Both the position numbers and the translations under genes were made by a program. Below, piece after piece: positions 63,410-64,000 of a stretch of DNA of 64,000 nucleotides. The stretch's first letter is position 1. Each line of letters opens with the position of its first letter. The notes beneath the pieces were generated by a model. It did not search any database and was not told the DNA's origin. It saw only the letters and a list, made by a program, of their open reading frames with translations. Origin of the DNA: Dictyostelium discoideum (taxonomy: Eukaryota); assembly GCA_000004695.1 (NCBI GenBank), contig CM000153.2, positions 2,016,001-2,080,000 of the forward strand, given 5' to 3'.

Positions 63410-63668
63410 AATCAGACAGTTGGTAACAACTTTTTTTATATTTTTTTTTTTTTTATTTTTTTATTTTTTTTATATTATTTGATTCACAGTTAAAGCTTTT
63501 TTTTTTTTTTTTTTTTTTTTTCTTTTTTGTGTACTATCAAAGTTGATTGGGTTTTTTAACCAATCACAACGTGATGGTAGTGGCAATATAAAACAAAATT
63601 TTTTTTTTTTTAGTTTAATAATTTAACACCTTTTATGAAAAAAAAAAAAAATCATCACATACTTTTAT
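62800..63668. repeat. Copy B of the ~750-bp direct repeat; ends ~170 bp upstream of a gene start at 63841
   Basis: See copy A. Small indels in homopolymer runs and a longer internal T-run (63330..63410). Confidence 0.85.
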
Positions 63669-63795
63669 AAAAAAAAAAAAAAAAATATTTTTTTAAAATT
63701 TAAAAAGAAGAATAGATATTCAATCAAAAATTTATTTATTAAAACAATAATAATAATAATAATAAAATAATAAACAAACCAAATTTAAAGCAAAA

Positions 63796-63828
<33 letters not shown>

Positions 63829-63840
63829 GAACAGGCAATA

Positions 63841-64000
63841 TGGCAACAACTCCTTCATCAATAATAAATACAAATAATACAAATACAAACACAAATACAA
63901 ATAATAATAATGATGATACATCACATTTTTCATCTTATAAATATTCAATAGATAGTTGGAAGAATTTAAATTATTTTAAAATATTAAAGTTAAATCAAGA
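63841..64000 (+). CDS. Start of a gene running off the window end (MATTPSSIINTNNTNTNTNTNNNNDDTSHFSSYKYSIDSWKNLNYFKILKLNQ...)
   Basis: ATG in A-rich Kozak-like context (aacaggcaatATGg) ~170 bp downstream of repeat copy B. The frame stays open to the window end. No similarity recognised. Confidence 0.3.

Overview
This window reads as nuclear genomic DNA from a dictyostelid social amoeba (Dictyostelium discoideum-like). Evidence: about 78% A+T overall; exons of moderate GC separated by short AT-rich introns (over 85% AT) with GTAAGT/GTATGT donors and AG acceptors; very long homopolymeric A/T runs between genes; (AAT)n/(CAA)n tracts read through as poly-Asn/poly-Gln inside proteins. It is not prokaryotic, and I found no rRNA, tRNA or CRISPR features. 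The supplied ORF track uses alternative start codons (TTG/GTG are rendered as M, e.g. at 23792 and 61928), so true ATG starts and exon joins were re-derived by hand. I resolve about 24 protein-coding genes, many multi-exon, recognised by conserved motifs: myotubularin (HCSDGWDRT), Integrator subunit 7, a short-chain dehydrogenase, an ADP-ribosylglycohydrolase-like protein, a PDK1-type kinase with C-terminal PH domain, a large protein kinase with a Cys-rich module, a BRCT protein, RagC GTPase, SMC2, a DH-PH RhoGEF, GDP-mannose 4,6-dehydratase, three GT10 alpha-1,3-fucosyltransferase paralogues, SF3B2/SAP145, a RAD51C-like recombinase, TMA7, and two tandem secreted DPBB/expansin-like proteins. 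The most interesting structures are: (i) a GDP-fucose/fucosylation gene neighbourhood (gmd plus three FucT paralogues, with gmd and one FucT sharing a divergent promoter); (ii) a tandem pair of secreted DPBB proteins carrying a duplicated, unfamiliar Cys-rich C-terminal module; (iii) a 130-bp MITE-like element with perfect 20-bp GC-cored terminal inverted repeats plus solo-end-like CCGG motifs in the ragC divergent promoter, next to a 26-bp near-perfect palindrome; (iv) a ~750-bp direct repeat pair (a duplicated promoter-like module with a ~50-bp inverted edge segment); (v) apparent single-nucleotide frame disruptions in ragC and in a secreted-protein gene, and an unresolved splice phase in gmd. 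Splice coordinates are hand-derived and approximate (about +/-3 nt) except where stated.
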